Shown in pieces: positions 33,201-45,400 of a stretch of DNA of 64,000 nt. A model generated the notes under the pieces. That model did no database searches. It was not told the origin of the DNA and saw only the letters and a program-made list of their open reading frames with translations. Source of the stretch: Macrostomum hystrix (lineage: Eukaryota; Animalia; Platyhelminthes); the NCBI GenBank assembly GCA_950097015.1, contig CATNEN010000008.1, forward strand, positions 3,472,001 to 3,536,000, read 5' to 3'. Both the position numbers and the translations under genes were made by a program. Numbering within the stretch: the stretch's first letter is position 1; the number at the start of each line of letters is the position of its first letter.

Positions 33201-34576
33201 TGCTCCAAGAAGAGACGCTGTTCATACGTGACAAGAACAAGAGCGACAAGCAACTCATCGTGCTCCCACAAAGCTGTCTTCCAAGGACGTTGAAAAGCTT
33301 GCACCAGGGTGTCGGAGGCGGCCACATGGGCTACGCGAAGACGAAACACAAGATGTTGCAGCGTTTCTGGCGGCCAGGTCTGGCCCGGGCGATTGAGGAG
33401 TTTATTCGAGGATGCGCTGTCTGCTGCAAAGCGAAAGCAGGGAAGAAGAATCGCGCCCCTCTAAAACCTCTCACATTTGCCGCACCATTCGACTGCATCA
33501 TGGTGGACATTGTTGGGCCACTGCCGCGAAGCAAAGCCGGAAACTCGTACATTCTGACTGTCCAAGACTCCTTCACTAAGTGGCCAGACGCCTACCCATT
33601 GCGCAATCAGAAAGCGAAGACGGTTGCAAAAGTCCTGTTCGACAGATGGATTAGTCAGCATGGTTGTCCGAACACGCTGCACAGTGACCAAGGAAGAAAC
33701 TTCGAGTCCAAAATCGTGCGAGAGATGTGCCGGATGCTCGAGATCAGGAAGTCGCGGACTACAGCCTACCATCCAAGTGGAAATGGACAGGTTGAAAACT
33801 TCAACAAGAGCTTGAAGTCCATGCTCAAGTGCTGCCTAGAAGACGCCGGACGGAACGACTGGGAGGAGTTCGTGAGTTCAGCGTTGATGGCGTACCGATC
33901 GAGCGTCCACAGAGGCACAGGCTACACGCCCCACTACATGGTCTACGGTACGGAGATGCGCCTGCCTATCGATCTGTCCGACCAGCCGCCCCAGCGCGTG
34001 AGCTCGCATGTGGAATTCGTCAAAGACCTGGAGATCAAATTGCAGACGGCTCATCGCGCTGCGCGGATGCAGCTAAACACGTATCAGAGAAGGCAGAAGG
34101 ACCACTACGACAAAAAAACTCGGGGTTCCGACATCAAGGAGGGCGACCACGTCTTTATCTACAGTCCCGCACTGAAGCCTGACGAAGCAGCGAAGTTTCA
34201 CATCAGTTGGCGAGGACCTGTCCGTGTACTCTGCAAAATCTCAGAGGTTCTGTTCAAGGTAGAGAATCCGTCGAACCACAGGAAAACGAAAGTCGTCCAC
34301 TTCAACAACCTCCGGAAGTTCCAAGTACAGGAGGTGAAAGGGCCGGAGACCGAGCCGGACGACGTACAGTCCGAAGCCGAAGAACCCGAGCAAGATCAGG
34401 AAGAGGAAGACTGGCATCCTGGACACCAGAGGAAAGACCCAGTTAGACCTAACCCGGAGGTTCAGGCCGAACTGCCGCCGGAGCATGAGGAACCGGAGGA
34501 GGTGGAATTCGAACCACGAAGGTCCGGCAGAACACGCCGACAACCTGATCGATATGGCCAGCCTGTGCTGTACTGA
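30161..34576 (+). CDS. pol: Pol polyprotein, copy 2
   Basis: Identical to copy 1 except VAGKKLDAL versus VAEKKLDAL (G at 30792 versus A at 15128). Confidence 0.98.
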   Translation: MLPLRRGRTPVVPVPEFGKRQEGPTSWRQLSPCYSPASNQHHQQPQPHIQHHQQPQPHIQHHQQALPGNQHHQQALPGNQHHQQALPGNQQHQQALPGNQHHQQALPGNQHHQQPQPHIQHHQQALPGNQHHQQALPGNQHHQQPQPGIQHHHQPQPGNQQHQQPQPGTQRHRRSRRKKTKAGLSTPLRQPSSPPIQINPVSIFVTINVAGKKLDALVDSGASCSIMSTETYESLPNSRIQVLAGAEGHVSLANGSPISIEKTVQLPVAIAGKLISTPVLVVSGIKYQLVLGSDFCRDNSCVIDYQHAAFRVGESSIPIRWQAERPLVCRILSQRSRTLKPGQQIVLPGRLERKGQRNSGCLGITENLSQLNLESGRCLAKALVIPSEKALVPARLVNLTEEPVRIRRGSTLGWFCPLEVAEPFNTVELLAMESDPSRSAGLSKGDPNELEISELLPNSYGSCGLTSDENSAFQDLIWKYRDVFATKQSAPKVTTVVQHGIDTTNARPIKIPPRRLPPHLQPEVDHQIDELLEKGQIEVAQSPWCSPLVCVRKKSGEMRMCVDYRKLNDVTVKDAVPMPRVDDALEALHGAQIFSTMDLHSGFWQVGMSPKDKDKTAFSVPHRGQFRWKVMPFGLVNSPATFTRLMAAVLDKQMWRTCLVYIDDLLVWSADVAEHLRRLEEIFEKLQLANLSLKPQKCHFLQKEVEFLGHKVSATGISTEESKVQEVRDWPTPKNLSELQSFLGLCGYYRRFIRNFSEIAAPLTLLTTKGAKFRWEEEQETAFEALKQNLTSSEVMAHPDFSPTAGEFVLDTDGSSKVGIGAVLSQVQTDGSERVIAYASKSLNQAERNYCTTRLELLAVVTFVAKFKYYLLGKEFCLRTDHSSLQWLKNFKDAEGQVARWLEKLAPFQYRIVHRPGRAHVNADAMSRKPVVRKHFGADSCPVCASGYSNRINSIELRGFSAADLKREQDEDGDLRAVKNALILITQSPNAGEIDTTAWSPLARGIWARRDDLLLQEETLFIRDKNKSDKQLIVLPQSCLPRTLKSLHQGVGGGHMGYAKTKHKMLQRFWRPGLARAIEEFIRGCAVCCKAKAGKKNRAPLKPLTFAAPFDCIMVDIVGPLPRSKAGNSYILTVQDSFTKWPDAYPLRNQKAKTVAKVLFDRWISQHGCPNTLHSDQGRNFESKIVREMCRMLEIRKSRTTAYHPSGNGQVENFNKSLKSMLKCCLEDAGRNDWEEFVSSALMAYRSSVHRGTGYTPHYMVYGTEMRLPIDLSDQPPQRVSSHVEFVKDLEIKLQTAHRAARMQLNTYQRRQKDHYDKKTRGSDIKEGDHVFIYSPALKPDEAAKFHISWRGPVRVLCKISEVLFKVENPSNHRKTKVVHFNNLRKFQVQEVKGPETEPDDVQSEAEEPEQDQEEEDWHPGHQRKDPVRPNPEVQAELPPEHEEPEEVEFEPRRSGRTRRQPDRYGQPVLY

Positions 34577-37500
34577 GGCCCGCGAGTCGAGCAAAGCGAC
34601 ATCAAACTGCACGTTTCGTCGCATCATCTGATGTTCAGTAGCGTCCCGACGTGGATCTCTGCTAAAGATACTATCAGATTGCGTCATGCTCCCCGGTGTG
34701 AGTGGTCGGAGGGGACCCCGGCCTTCCTAGCCGCGTATTATTTAGCACGTACTTTACTGTATGTTCGTTTGGTGTAGGGTTTACTTGTACCGTATGTGTT
34801 CGTATGTACTAAACCTGGCATTCTGGGAGGGTGGACACGGGCCGCCTCTGCCGGCAGGTACAAGGCATCATCGCAGCCCCATGCCTGGTAACATCACTTC
34901 CCTGGCTGCAACGCCGCTCGGCCTGCGACGTCAACACCTTGCCTGCGATGCCATCGGACTGCCTGCGACGTCAGCGCACTGCCGGCGACGCCATCGCACT
35001 GTCTGCGGAGCCAGCGCCCTGCCTGCGACGTCAGCGCAATGCCTGCGACTCTAGCAATCCTGCGACGACAGCGTATGCCCGCGAGGTCAGTGCTCTGCCG
35101 AGGTCGCCTGCGCCGGCAGCGACGGCTGCCCGGCCTGTGACGTCAACACCTTGCCTGCGATGCCATCGGCCTGCCTGCGATGTTAGCGCACTGCCGGCGA
35201 CGTCAGCGCACTGTCTGCGACGCCACCGCCCTGCCTGGGACGCCGGCGTGCGCCTGCGATGTCAGTGCTCTGCCGAAGTCGCCTGCGCCGGCTGCAACGG
35301 CTGCTCGGTCTGCGACGTCAGCGCCTTGCCTGCGGTGCCAGCACACTGTCTGCGACGTCAGCGCCGTGCCTGCGACGGCTGCCCTGGCTGCGACCACAGC
35401 GCTCTGCTATCAGCGCCGAGGCCGGTGACGTCAGTGCCCGGTCCGCGACGTCGGTACATAGCCTAGACGTGCGTCCCTACAGTCTTGCCGCGCTCTGCCA
35501 ACCCCAGTGCCTCCCTGTCCAGTGCCAGTAACTTTCGTTTCGTTCCTTTTGTTTACATTTAAATTTCGGTCGGTCGACGTCGTTTATCCCAGTGTCTTCT
35601 TTTCCCAGTTTCATCCTTATGCGTGTATTTTGCTTTTTTAGGAGGGGAGGATGTGGTGCCGGTGTCTCTGGCCTTGTGGTTTTGTTAGGCCTTCCTCACC
35701 CAGCGCCGTCTTGGCTCAGAGTGCCCGGTGCCGCCATCTGATTGGCTGGGCGCGGGCATTGTGTGCCTATCCTACCCCAGCCCTGCGTGGCTTTGCCCTC
35801 ACGCCAATCAGCTCTGCGTAGCTTTGCCCGTCCACCCGTCCAGCGCGTACAACCCTACCCCCCAGCGCGCTGTAGGCTTTGTTTGTGCTCCGCCCCTGTC
35901 TGCCCCCTTGTCAGCCCTTAAGGTATCGTTTTCTGCCCGGGCCAAGGCTACCTCTCTCCCCCTTGCGAACTTTAAAAGATCGTGCCGTAAAGACGGTCTC
36001 TTACGGCGAAGGCTCAATTTATTGCATAGCGAAGTGATTATTGAATAGTGATTCCGAGTGCATGGTTTATTAAAGTGCAAAAATTGCCGACAAATACATT
36101 CAGCGTCATCCTGCCATCCTATCGTGCGTCCCGACCGGTAAGCACTGTATTTGTGTCTGTCCTTTCGGGGTGCCAGGTCCGCACGGAGTACTGTAATAAT
36201 CTTAGAAGTACTGTGTGAGCGTCCTAACGCCACCAGTCCCTGACTGCAACAGAGCGTCCTAACGCCTGATTCAGTGATCGATAATATTTTACTTAATAGG
36301 GCTGTGGGCCGGGGATCTCAAACCGACCACTGTCACTACAGAATATAGGATTGGGGGCGGATGAATATAGGATTGGGGCGGATGAATCTAGGACTCGGGG
36401 GGCGGACGAATCTAGGATTGGGGGGCGGATGAATCTAGGATTAGAGGCGTATGAATCTAGGATTGGGGGCGGAGGAATCTAGGATTAGAGGCGTATAAAT
36501 CTAGGACTGTGGGGGGCGGATGAATCTAGGATTTAGGGGCGGATGAATCTAGGATTGGGGGGCCGGATAAATCTATTATTTTAGGGCGGATGAATTTAGG
36601 ATTGGGGGCGAATGAATCTAGGATTGGGGGGGGGCGGATGAATCTAGGATTGGGGGCGGATGAATTTAGGATTGGGAGGGCGGATGAATCTAGGATTGGG
36701 AGGGCGGATAAATCTATTATTTTAGGGCGGATGAATTTAGGATTGGGGGCGGATGAATTTAGGATTGGGGGTGGATGAATCTAGGACTGGAGGCGGATGA
36801 ATCTAGGATTGGGAGGGCGGATAAATCTATTATTTTAGGGCGGATGAATCTAGGATTGGGGGCGGATGAATCTAGGATTGGGGTCCGATGAATCTAGGAT
36901 TGAGGGCGGATGAATGTAGGATTGGGGGGCGGATGAATATAGGATTGGGGGGGCGGATAAATCTATTATTTTAGGGCGTATGAATCTAGGATTGGGGGGC
37001 GGATGAATCTAGGATTGGGAGGGCAGATAAATCTATTATTTTAGGGTGGATGAATTTAGGATTGGGGGTGGATGAATCTGGACTGGAGGCGGATGAATCT
37101 AGGATTGGGGGGCGGATAAATCTATTATTTTAGGGCGTATGAATCTAGGATTGGGGGGCGGATGAATCTAGGATTGGGAGGGCGGATAAATCTATTATTT
37201 TAGGGTGGATGAATTTAGGATTGGGGGTGGATGAATCTAGGACTGGAGGCGGATGAATCTAGGATTGGGGGGCGGATAAATCTATTATTTTAGGGCGGAT
37301 GAATCTAGGATTGGGGGGCGGATGAATCTAGGATTGGGAGGGCGGATAAATCTATTATTTTAGGGTGGATGAATTTAGGATTGGGGGTGGATGAATCTAG
37401 GACTGGAGGCGGATGAATATAGGATTGGGGGGGCGGATAAATCTATTATTTTAGGGCGGATGAATCTAGGATTGGGGGCGGATGAATCTAGGATTGGGAG

Positions 37501-39258
37501 GGCGGATAAATCTATTATTTTAGGGTGGATGAATTTAGGATTGGGGGTGGATGAATCTAGGACTGGGGGGCGGATGAATTTAGGATTGGGGGCGGATGAA
37601 TCTAGGACTGGGGGGCGGATGAATCTAGGATTGGGGGGGCGGATAAATCTATTATTTTAGGGCGGATGAATGTAGGATTGGGGGCGGATGAATCTAGGAT
37701 TGGGGGGCGGATGAATCTAGGATTGGGGGGACGGATGAATCTAGGATTGGGGTCGGATGAATCTAGGATTGAGGGCGGATGAATCTAGGATTGAGGGCGG
37801 ATGAATCTAGGATTGGGGGGCGGATGAATCTAGGTTTGGGGGGGGCGGATAAATCTAGGATCGAAGGACAGTTCAGGGCCAAAATCTAGGCGATCTCCTA
37901 GTCGCTGACTCAGTTCACAAACGCACCGTCGAGTTGGAATCCGGTGGGAACCCTCCGTCCCATCGGCCAGGTGCTGACGAATGACGCCGGAGTGCCACTG
38001 ACAACCGAGGAGCGCCTCACGGAGCTGGTCGCTGTGCTCCGCAGGGCCTGCCAACTGGCTGGTCGCGACCTGTCTGTGCGGCTGGCCGACCGGCTGGCAT
38101 TCCGTTGCCATGGCAACAGCAAGCCGGCCTGCCAGGTGGATGTAAGGCAGGCAGATGCTGGCGGCGGTGGTCCCAGACTAACAAAAAGTCCAGCCGGAGC
38201 TGGGGTTCTGCAGCTGCAGCTCTGACACAGTCTGACGTTCGGACAAATATATTGAATTGAACAATTGAATTTAAATTCGCACCAACAATTATAACACAAT
38301 GAGATTTATTTTTTTTCTGATAATGAAAGATATACATTTTACGCTCATGGTTTTTCGAGTATCTACTGAAAGTAATACTGATATTTTTAAACAAACTTGT
38401 TCAAATCGTCAAATCTAACAACGGATTCTAACCCAATTCGAATTTTTTAATGTCATAAGGCTGAGACGTTTGTGCATTATATAGCACAGCACCCAGTACT
38501 GTACGGCTAAATCATGTATTGTCTGTGTTAAGGCATAGCTATACTATACATAAAAAGTTCCATCATGCCGTTAAGTGCTTTCTAAAAATTCCTTTAACAG
38601 TTTTTTAATATTTCGCGCAAGTTTAAAACGGCATTTTTGTTAGTCCAGCGAAATAATATAATATGCTATAGTTGATGTTCAATAACTGCTGGCTATTTTT
38701 GTAAGCTAATAAGCGGTTCATTTTCATCATTGATTATTATTGAAATCGAGTTTTATTAAACACTTTTTTAAACAATACGAGAACCTTATTACGCGTACAG
38801 AATTAATTATAACAAAAACAAAAAATATATTTTTTAGTCTACGTTCGTTGATTGGGCGCTGTCGCGTGTTTGCTACTACTTTTATATATCGGATACTTTT
38901 TAAAGACGTATTGGCAGAACATTGACTTGATTGACTTGATTTTTTATATTTTTGTCATTGAATTGCTGACTGTTTATTTTCCAGTTAGTTAGGCGAACAA
39001 CAGTTGAACAATGCTTGTTAAAAATGCGACTGAACTTAAAGTGAAACAAGTTGATTTGATAAGCGGACAATGCAATGAGCAACGTTCACCAGTCATTCAG
39101 CCATCACCCACCAGTCATTCAGGCATCACCCATCAGTCATTCAGGCATCACCCATCAGTCATTCAGGCATCACCCATCAGTCATTCAGGCATCACCCATC
39201 AGTCATTCAGGCATCACCCATCAGTCATTCAGCCATCACGCACCAGTCATTCAGGTCA

Positions 39259-39457
39259 TCAGTCTGCCCTAGTCGCCTCGGCGCCGCCTGTCTTCAGCTG
39301 CTGTCGCCGCATTCGCCGGAACTGCTTGGGGTCGATGCCCAGCTCCAGCAGTCGCTGCTCGCTGATCTGCAGCCTGTCATCGGATTTGGACTTCGGCTTC
39401 GACTTGTTCAGCTTCTTAGACTTCAGCTTGGCCTTGCGGAGGTCAGGCGTTGCGTCC
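39259..39457 (-). pseudogene. KRI1: Duplicated 3' fragment of the KRI1 last exon (unit 3)
   Basis: Same as 7340-7538. Confidence 0.9.
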
Positions 39458-42400
39458 TTCAGGAAGCATTTCCATAAATGGAAACAAAAACCAAAAAACT
39501 CTTTTGCGCAGCTTCGCTTTAAGCGAAATTGCCTTGGAATAAAACAAATAGTTTTAATTCTTTGGAGGCTCATTGCCAGCATGAAATGATTCACTAACAG
39601 CAAAGCCGCTGGTTCAACTTCGTCTCTCGCTACAAATAGATTTTCCATCGAAACATTTCTTACGAACCAGAAACCTAAAAAAGCATGTCTGTGAACCAGT
39701 AAATGAACGAAGCTGTTACCTTTGAACACTGAAATAAACCAACTTTATATCCGTAAACCCAAAAAAACTTAACCGTATTCTGTAAACCCCTAAAAAAAAA
39801 TATAGATAAAAAAATATACCAACACCATGTCCATAAACCCAAAATAAACTGATTGTATGCCCATATTGTTATGTCCATAAACCCCAAGCAAGCCAGGCTC
39901 ATGTCCATAAACCCCAAGCAAGCCAGGCTCATGTCCATAAACCCCAAGCAAGCCAGGCTCATGTCCATAAACCCCAAGCAAGCCAGGCTCATGTCCATAA
40001 ACCCCAAGCAAGCCAGGCTCATGTCCATAAACCCCAAGCAAGCCAGGCTTATGTCCATAAACCCCAAGCAAGCCAGGCTCATGTCCATAAACCCCAAGCA
40101 AGTCAGGCTTATGTCCATAAACCCCAAGCAAGCCCCGGCTTATGTCCATAAACCCCAAGCAAGCCAGGCTTATGTCCATAAACCCCAAGCAAGCCAAGCT
40201 CATGTCCATAAACCCCAAGCAAGCCAGGCTCATGTCCATAAACCCCAAGCAAGCCCCGGCTTATGTCCATAAACCCCAAGCAAGTCAGGCTTATGTCCAT
40301 AAACCCCAAGCAAGTCAGGCTTATGTCCATAAACCCCAAGCAAGCCCAGGCTTATGTCCATAAACCGCCAAGTCAGCCCCGGCTCTCCACCCAATCCGCA
40401 GCACTGACCGGCAGCTGTCCTCGCAGTGGCCGGAGGGTGCAGAATCAGCCAATCGGGTTCAGAAGCGGCCCCCCTCAGCAGGTCTGCTGTTCAAGCAGAG
40501 CATCCAGGCTCTGGTGCAGCGGCTGGCAGGAATGCGGCCTCACTATGTCCGCTGCCTGAAGCCGAACAGTTCCAAGCAGTCCGGCATATTCGATAGTCGC
40601 CTAGTGGAACACCAGGCCCGCTACCTCAACCTGCTGGAGAGTGCCCGGGTGCGCAGGGCGGGGTTCGCGATGCGCCTGCCCTACCAGTACTTCCTGCAGA
40701 GATACAAGCTGTGCGACTCGCCCGCCGTGTGGCCGAACCCGCCGCCCGGCATGCCGCTCAGAGATGCCGCCCGAAGCATCCTGGCCAGGCTGCAGTTGGA
40801 CAGTGCAGATCGGGTTCGATACGGCCTCACCAAACTGTTTGTGCGCCATGCTAGGACCGTGTTCGCTCTGGAGCAGGCCCGGGTTCGAGCCCTGCCTGCT
40901 GTGGTCACCGTCATTCAGAAGGTATTAGAAACTGGCGAGATGAAAGGAGCGGGGAGATGGAGATGAAGGGAGGGTGAGATGAAGGGACTGGCGAGAAGAA
41001 GGGACGGGGAGATAAATGGACGGGGAGATAAAGGGACGGGGAGATAAAGGGACCCGGAGATGAAGGGACGGGGATATGAAGGGACGGGGAGATAAAGGGA
41101 CCGGGAGATGAAGGGACGGGGAGATGAAGGGAGGGTGAGATGAAGAGCCGGGGAGATGAAGGGACGGGGAGATGAAGGGACGGGGAGATGAAGGGTCGGG
41201 GAGAAGAAGGGACGGGGAGATGAAGGGACGGGGAGATGAAGAGACGGGGAGATGAAGTGAGGGTGAGATGAAGGGACGGGGAGATAAAGGGACCGGGAGA
41301 TGAAGGGACGGGGAGATGAAAGGGCGGGGAGATTAAGTGACGGGGAGATGAAGAGACGGGGAGATGAAGGGAGGGTGAGATGAAGGGAGGGTGAGATGAA
41401 GGGACGTGGAGATGAAGGGAGGGTGAGATGAAGGGACGGGGAGATGAAAGGGCGGGGAGATTAAGGGACGGGGAGATGAAGAGACGGTCAGATGAAGGGA
41501 CGGGGAGAGGAAGAGACGGGGAGATGAAGGGAGGGTGAGATGAAGGGACGGGGAGATGAAGGGACGTGGAGATGAAGGGAGGGGGAGATGAAGGGACGTG
41601 GAGATGAAGGGAGGGGGAGATGAAGGGAGGGGGAGATGAAGGGAGGGGGAGATAAAGATGAAATAGGAAGACAATGATTACAATAAATAGTCATGGAGAT
41701 TTTACATTTATTTAAGCAAGAGATACTTATACAGAATCCTAATTTTGTTTAAAGCAATTATATCATTTTTTATTCTTGGTTGCTTCTTTAGCGCATTCGC
41801 TCACACAAAAGGCCTCATATTTATATTTGAGCATTTAGTCAGCTGTTGCTCACCTCTCAGACGGCTGTTGTCCATTTGGAATGCCGGTTCAGCCACACCG
41901 TCACAAAAATAGCCTTGTCTAGTCATCTGTCTATTCGCATTGGGCCTGAATTGTAAACAGGCTTGTCATCTAAGCAGTTCAATAATTCGCGCTTCTCTAC
42001 TCATGCCAGTAGTGCGATTAGCATTTAACTCAAAGAGAAACGAGCAGATATTTTTTTTCCAGTGAAATAGTAATTAATATGCGCACGTTACTACTCACTA
42101 AAAGCAACTAAAAAAATACGCCACCGCCCGCCCGTGCGTTGTTCTAGCACTATAGAGGCCGGCTTGGCAGGATCTACTTCGCCAAGTACAGGCTGGCCGT
42201 TTGGATTCAGGCTGTAAGTAAATTCAACTCGAAGACCAAGACAGCAGATTCTTGTGCTGAAACTGCACCGTTGCTGCTGTCCGTTGATTTTTATGCCTCT
42301 CCAAGAACTGGTCTAACACCTTATTGCTTGGCTCGGTTGAATTGCACAACGGCTACCTCTGAGCCTATTTTTGTCTGCTTGTTTTGCAGCTGGTTGCTTT

Positions 42401-45400
42401 TAGCTGGGCACCAATTTGTAGATTTATTAGAAATCTGCCAAATTTCTTATCAACTTGTCTGTTTGTCCGGTTTTAACACATCTTCATCTACTTCTCTTTA
42501 ATATGATCTATTCCGCCTTCATTTCACCCCTTTCCGTCTTGATCTCACCCCTTTCCGCTTTAATCTCACCCCTTTCCGCTTTTATCTCACCCTTTCCGCT
42601 TTTATCTCACCCTTTCCGCCTTGATCTCACCTCTTTCTGCCTTAATCTCACCCCTTTCTACCTTAATCTCACCCCTTTCCGCCTTGATCTCACCCCTTTT
42701 CACCTTGATCTCATCCCTTTCCGCCTTGATCTCACCCCTTTTCACCTTGATCTCACCCCTTTCCGCCTTGATCTCACCCCTTTTCACCTTGATCTCACCC
42801 CTTTCCGCCTTCATCTCATATCTTTCCGCCTTCATCTCATATCTTTCCGCCTTCATCTCATATCTTTCCGCCTTGATCTCACCCCTTTTCACCTTGATCT
42901 CACCCCTTTCCGCCTTCATCTCATATCTTTCCGCCTTCATCTCATATCTTTCCGCCTTCATCTCATATCTTTCCGCCTTCATCTCATATCTTTCCGCCTT
43001 CATCTCATATCTTTCCGCCTTCATCTCATATCTTTCCGCCTTCATCTCATATCTTTCGGCCTTCATCTCATATCTTTCCGCCTTCATCTCATATCTTTCC
43101 GCCTTCATCTCATATCTTTCCGCCTTCATCTCATATCTTTCCGCCTTCATCTCACCCTTTCTCATAGTGATTCAAAATAATTTAAAGCACTTAGATCATT
43201 ACATGATTAGCCATTGCAGACAGCAAAGTAGCACTTGTTGTTGTCCTCTTTTAGTTTTTAATCCAACTTGAGCTGAATCTGGCTAAAGTGTGAATCTTTG
43301 TGCAATAATCTTCAGTTTTGAGTGAGTGCATGTGACCCTTTTCACGAGATTTTATACGAGAGTAGCTCGTTGTTTTAATTTTTTTAAATCCGTGCGATAA
43401 AAGCAAAAAGTTACAATATTTGTAATTCTGCAGTTAAAAAATAATCTATTGTTCAAGCATGCTTATACTAGTTTAGTAATTAATAATTAATGAGGAGTCC
43501 GTCCCGTTTAAATTCTGTGGAGACTGAAGATTCCTTGCGTCCTACTATAAGTAGCGCTATTCGGTGATAATTATTTTAACTGAAAAAAGAAAAAATACTT
43601 TTTTGCCCTACTGTCAGTAGTGCATCGCGGAAATCATTACCTCTTTTTATTCCCAGCGAGTGCGCGGCCTCCTAGCCAGAATTCGCTATCAACGCCTGCG
43701 CGCCGCCTGGACCATCGCCGTGCGCTATCGCCGCTACCGGATTAGAGCCCACATTCTTCGCGTCTGCGCCGCCTTCGCCGGAGTTGGCCAGCGTCGCGAT
43801 CTCGGTCGCGGCGTCGAATGGCCTCGTGGGGAGCCTCCGGCCCTGGCCGGCCTGCTGGCCCAGCTGCGCCGGGTCCAAAACCGCTGGCGAGCCGAGCGCA
43901 TGCTGGCCTCGATTCCCAGGCACGAGAGGCCGGAATTCCGGCTCAAACTGGCCAGCTGCGAGCTGCTGCTTGGCACCGACCGGCTGAGGGCCGGCCTGCC
44001 GCGCCGTTGGCTCGGCGAGTACCAGCTGCCCAGGCCGAGGGCGGCTGCCAAGATGCCGGGCCAGCTGCTGTTCTCCCACCCGGTTCTGAAGGCCGAGCGC
44101 GGCGGCGGCTTCAAGTTGACCCGGCGGTGCCTCCTCATCAGCGGCCTGGGCGTTGCCAAGGCGGATCAGAACGGCGCCGCCCTGATTGGCCCAGTGCGCC
44201 AGTTGTCCGGCCTGGCCTGGGTGTCCCTGACTCGGCTGGCCACCGATCCCACCGTCTGCCTGGCGTTCGATGGCCGCGGCTCCGGTGGCGACCTTCTCAT
44301 GGTGAGATTCAGTGGCATTGGGGGCGGATAAATCTAGGATTTGAGGGCGGATGAATCTAGGATTTGAGGGCGGATGAATATAGGATTGGGGGCGGATGAA
44401 TATAGGATTGGGGCGGATGAATCTAGGACTCGGGGGGCGGACGAATCTAGGATTGGGGGGCGGATGAATCTAGGATTAGAGGCGTATGAATCTAGGATTG
44501 GGGGCGGAGGAATCTAGGATTAGAGGCGTATAAATCTAGGACTGTGGGGGGCGGATGAATCTAGGATTTAGGGGCGGATGAATCTAGGATTGGGGGGCCG
44601 GATAAATCTATTATTTTAGGGCGGATGAATTTAGGATTGGGGGCGAATGAATCTAGGATTGGGGGGGGGCGGATGAATCTAGGATTGGGGGCGGATGAAT
44701 TTAGGATTGGGAGGGCGGATGAATCTAGGATTGGGAGGGCGGATAAATCTATTATTTTAGGGCGGATGAATTTAGGATTGGGGGCGGATGAATTTAGGAT
44801 TGGGGGTGGATGAATCTAGGACTGGAGGCGGATGAATCTAGGATTGGGAGGGCGGATAAATCTATTATTTTAGGGCGGATGAATCTAGGATTGGGGGCGG
44901 ATGAATCTAGGATTGGGGTCCGATGAATCTAGGATTGAGGGCGGATGAATCTAGGATTGGGGGGCGGATGAATATAGGATTGGGGGGGGCGGATAAATCT
45001 ATTATTTTAGGGCGTATGAATCTAGGATTGGGGGGCGGATGAATCTAGGATTGGGAGGGCAGATAAATCTATTATTTTAGGGTGGATGAATTTAGGATTG
45101 GGGGTGGATGAATCTGGACTGGAGGCGGATGAATCTAGGATTGGGGGGCGGATAAATCTATTATTTTAGGGCGTATGAATCTAGGATTGGGGGGCGGATG
45201 AATCTAGGATTGGGAGGGCGGATAAATCTATTATTTTAGGGTGGATGAATTTAGGATTGGGGGTGGATGAATCTAGGACTGGAGGCGGATGAATATAGGA
45301 TTGGGGGGGGCGGATAAATCTATTATTTTAGGGCGGATGAATCTAGGATTGGGGGCGGATGAATCTAGGATTGGGAGGGCGGATAAATCTATTATTTTAG

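Larger units (their letters stand above)
28491..36340 (+). mobile_element. Full-length Ty3/Gypsy LTR retrotransposon, copy 2 (7850 bp)
   Basis: LTRs at 28491-29180 and 35652-36340; TSD GAAT at 28487-28490 and 36341-36344; PBS at 29184-29201; constant offset of 15664 from copy 1. Confidence 0.98.
24545..38225 (+). pseudogene. MYO1D: 5'-truncated duplicate of myosin I exons A-D (unit 3), intact
   Basis: Exons at 24545-25064, 26259-26324, 27768-28412 and 37971-38225; the LTR element sits in intron C-D. Confidence 0.85.
23813..39457. repeat. Tandem segmental duplication unit 3 (with LTR retrotransposon)
   Basis: As unit 2; the element is at the identical site with the same TSD. Confidence 0.95.

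Noticed and set aside
28491-36340. Independent, site-specific second insertion of the element
   Set aside because: It shares the TSD, flanks and the idiosyncratic 5'/3' LTR mismatch with copy 1; copying by duplication is simpler.
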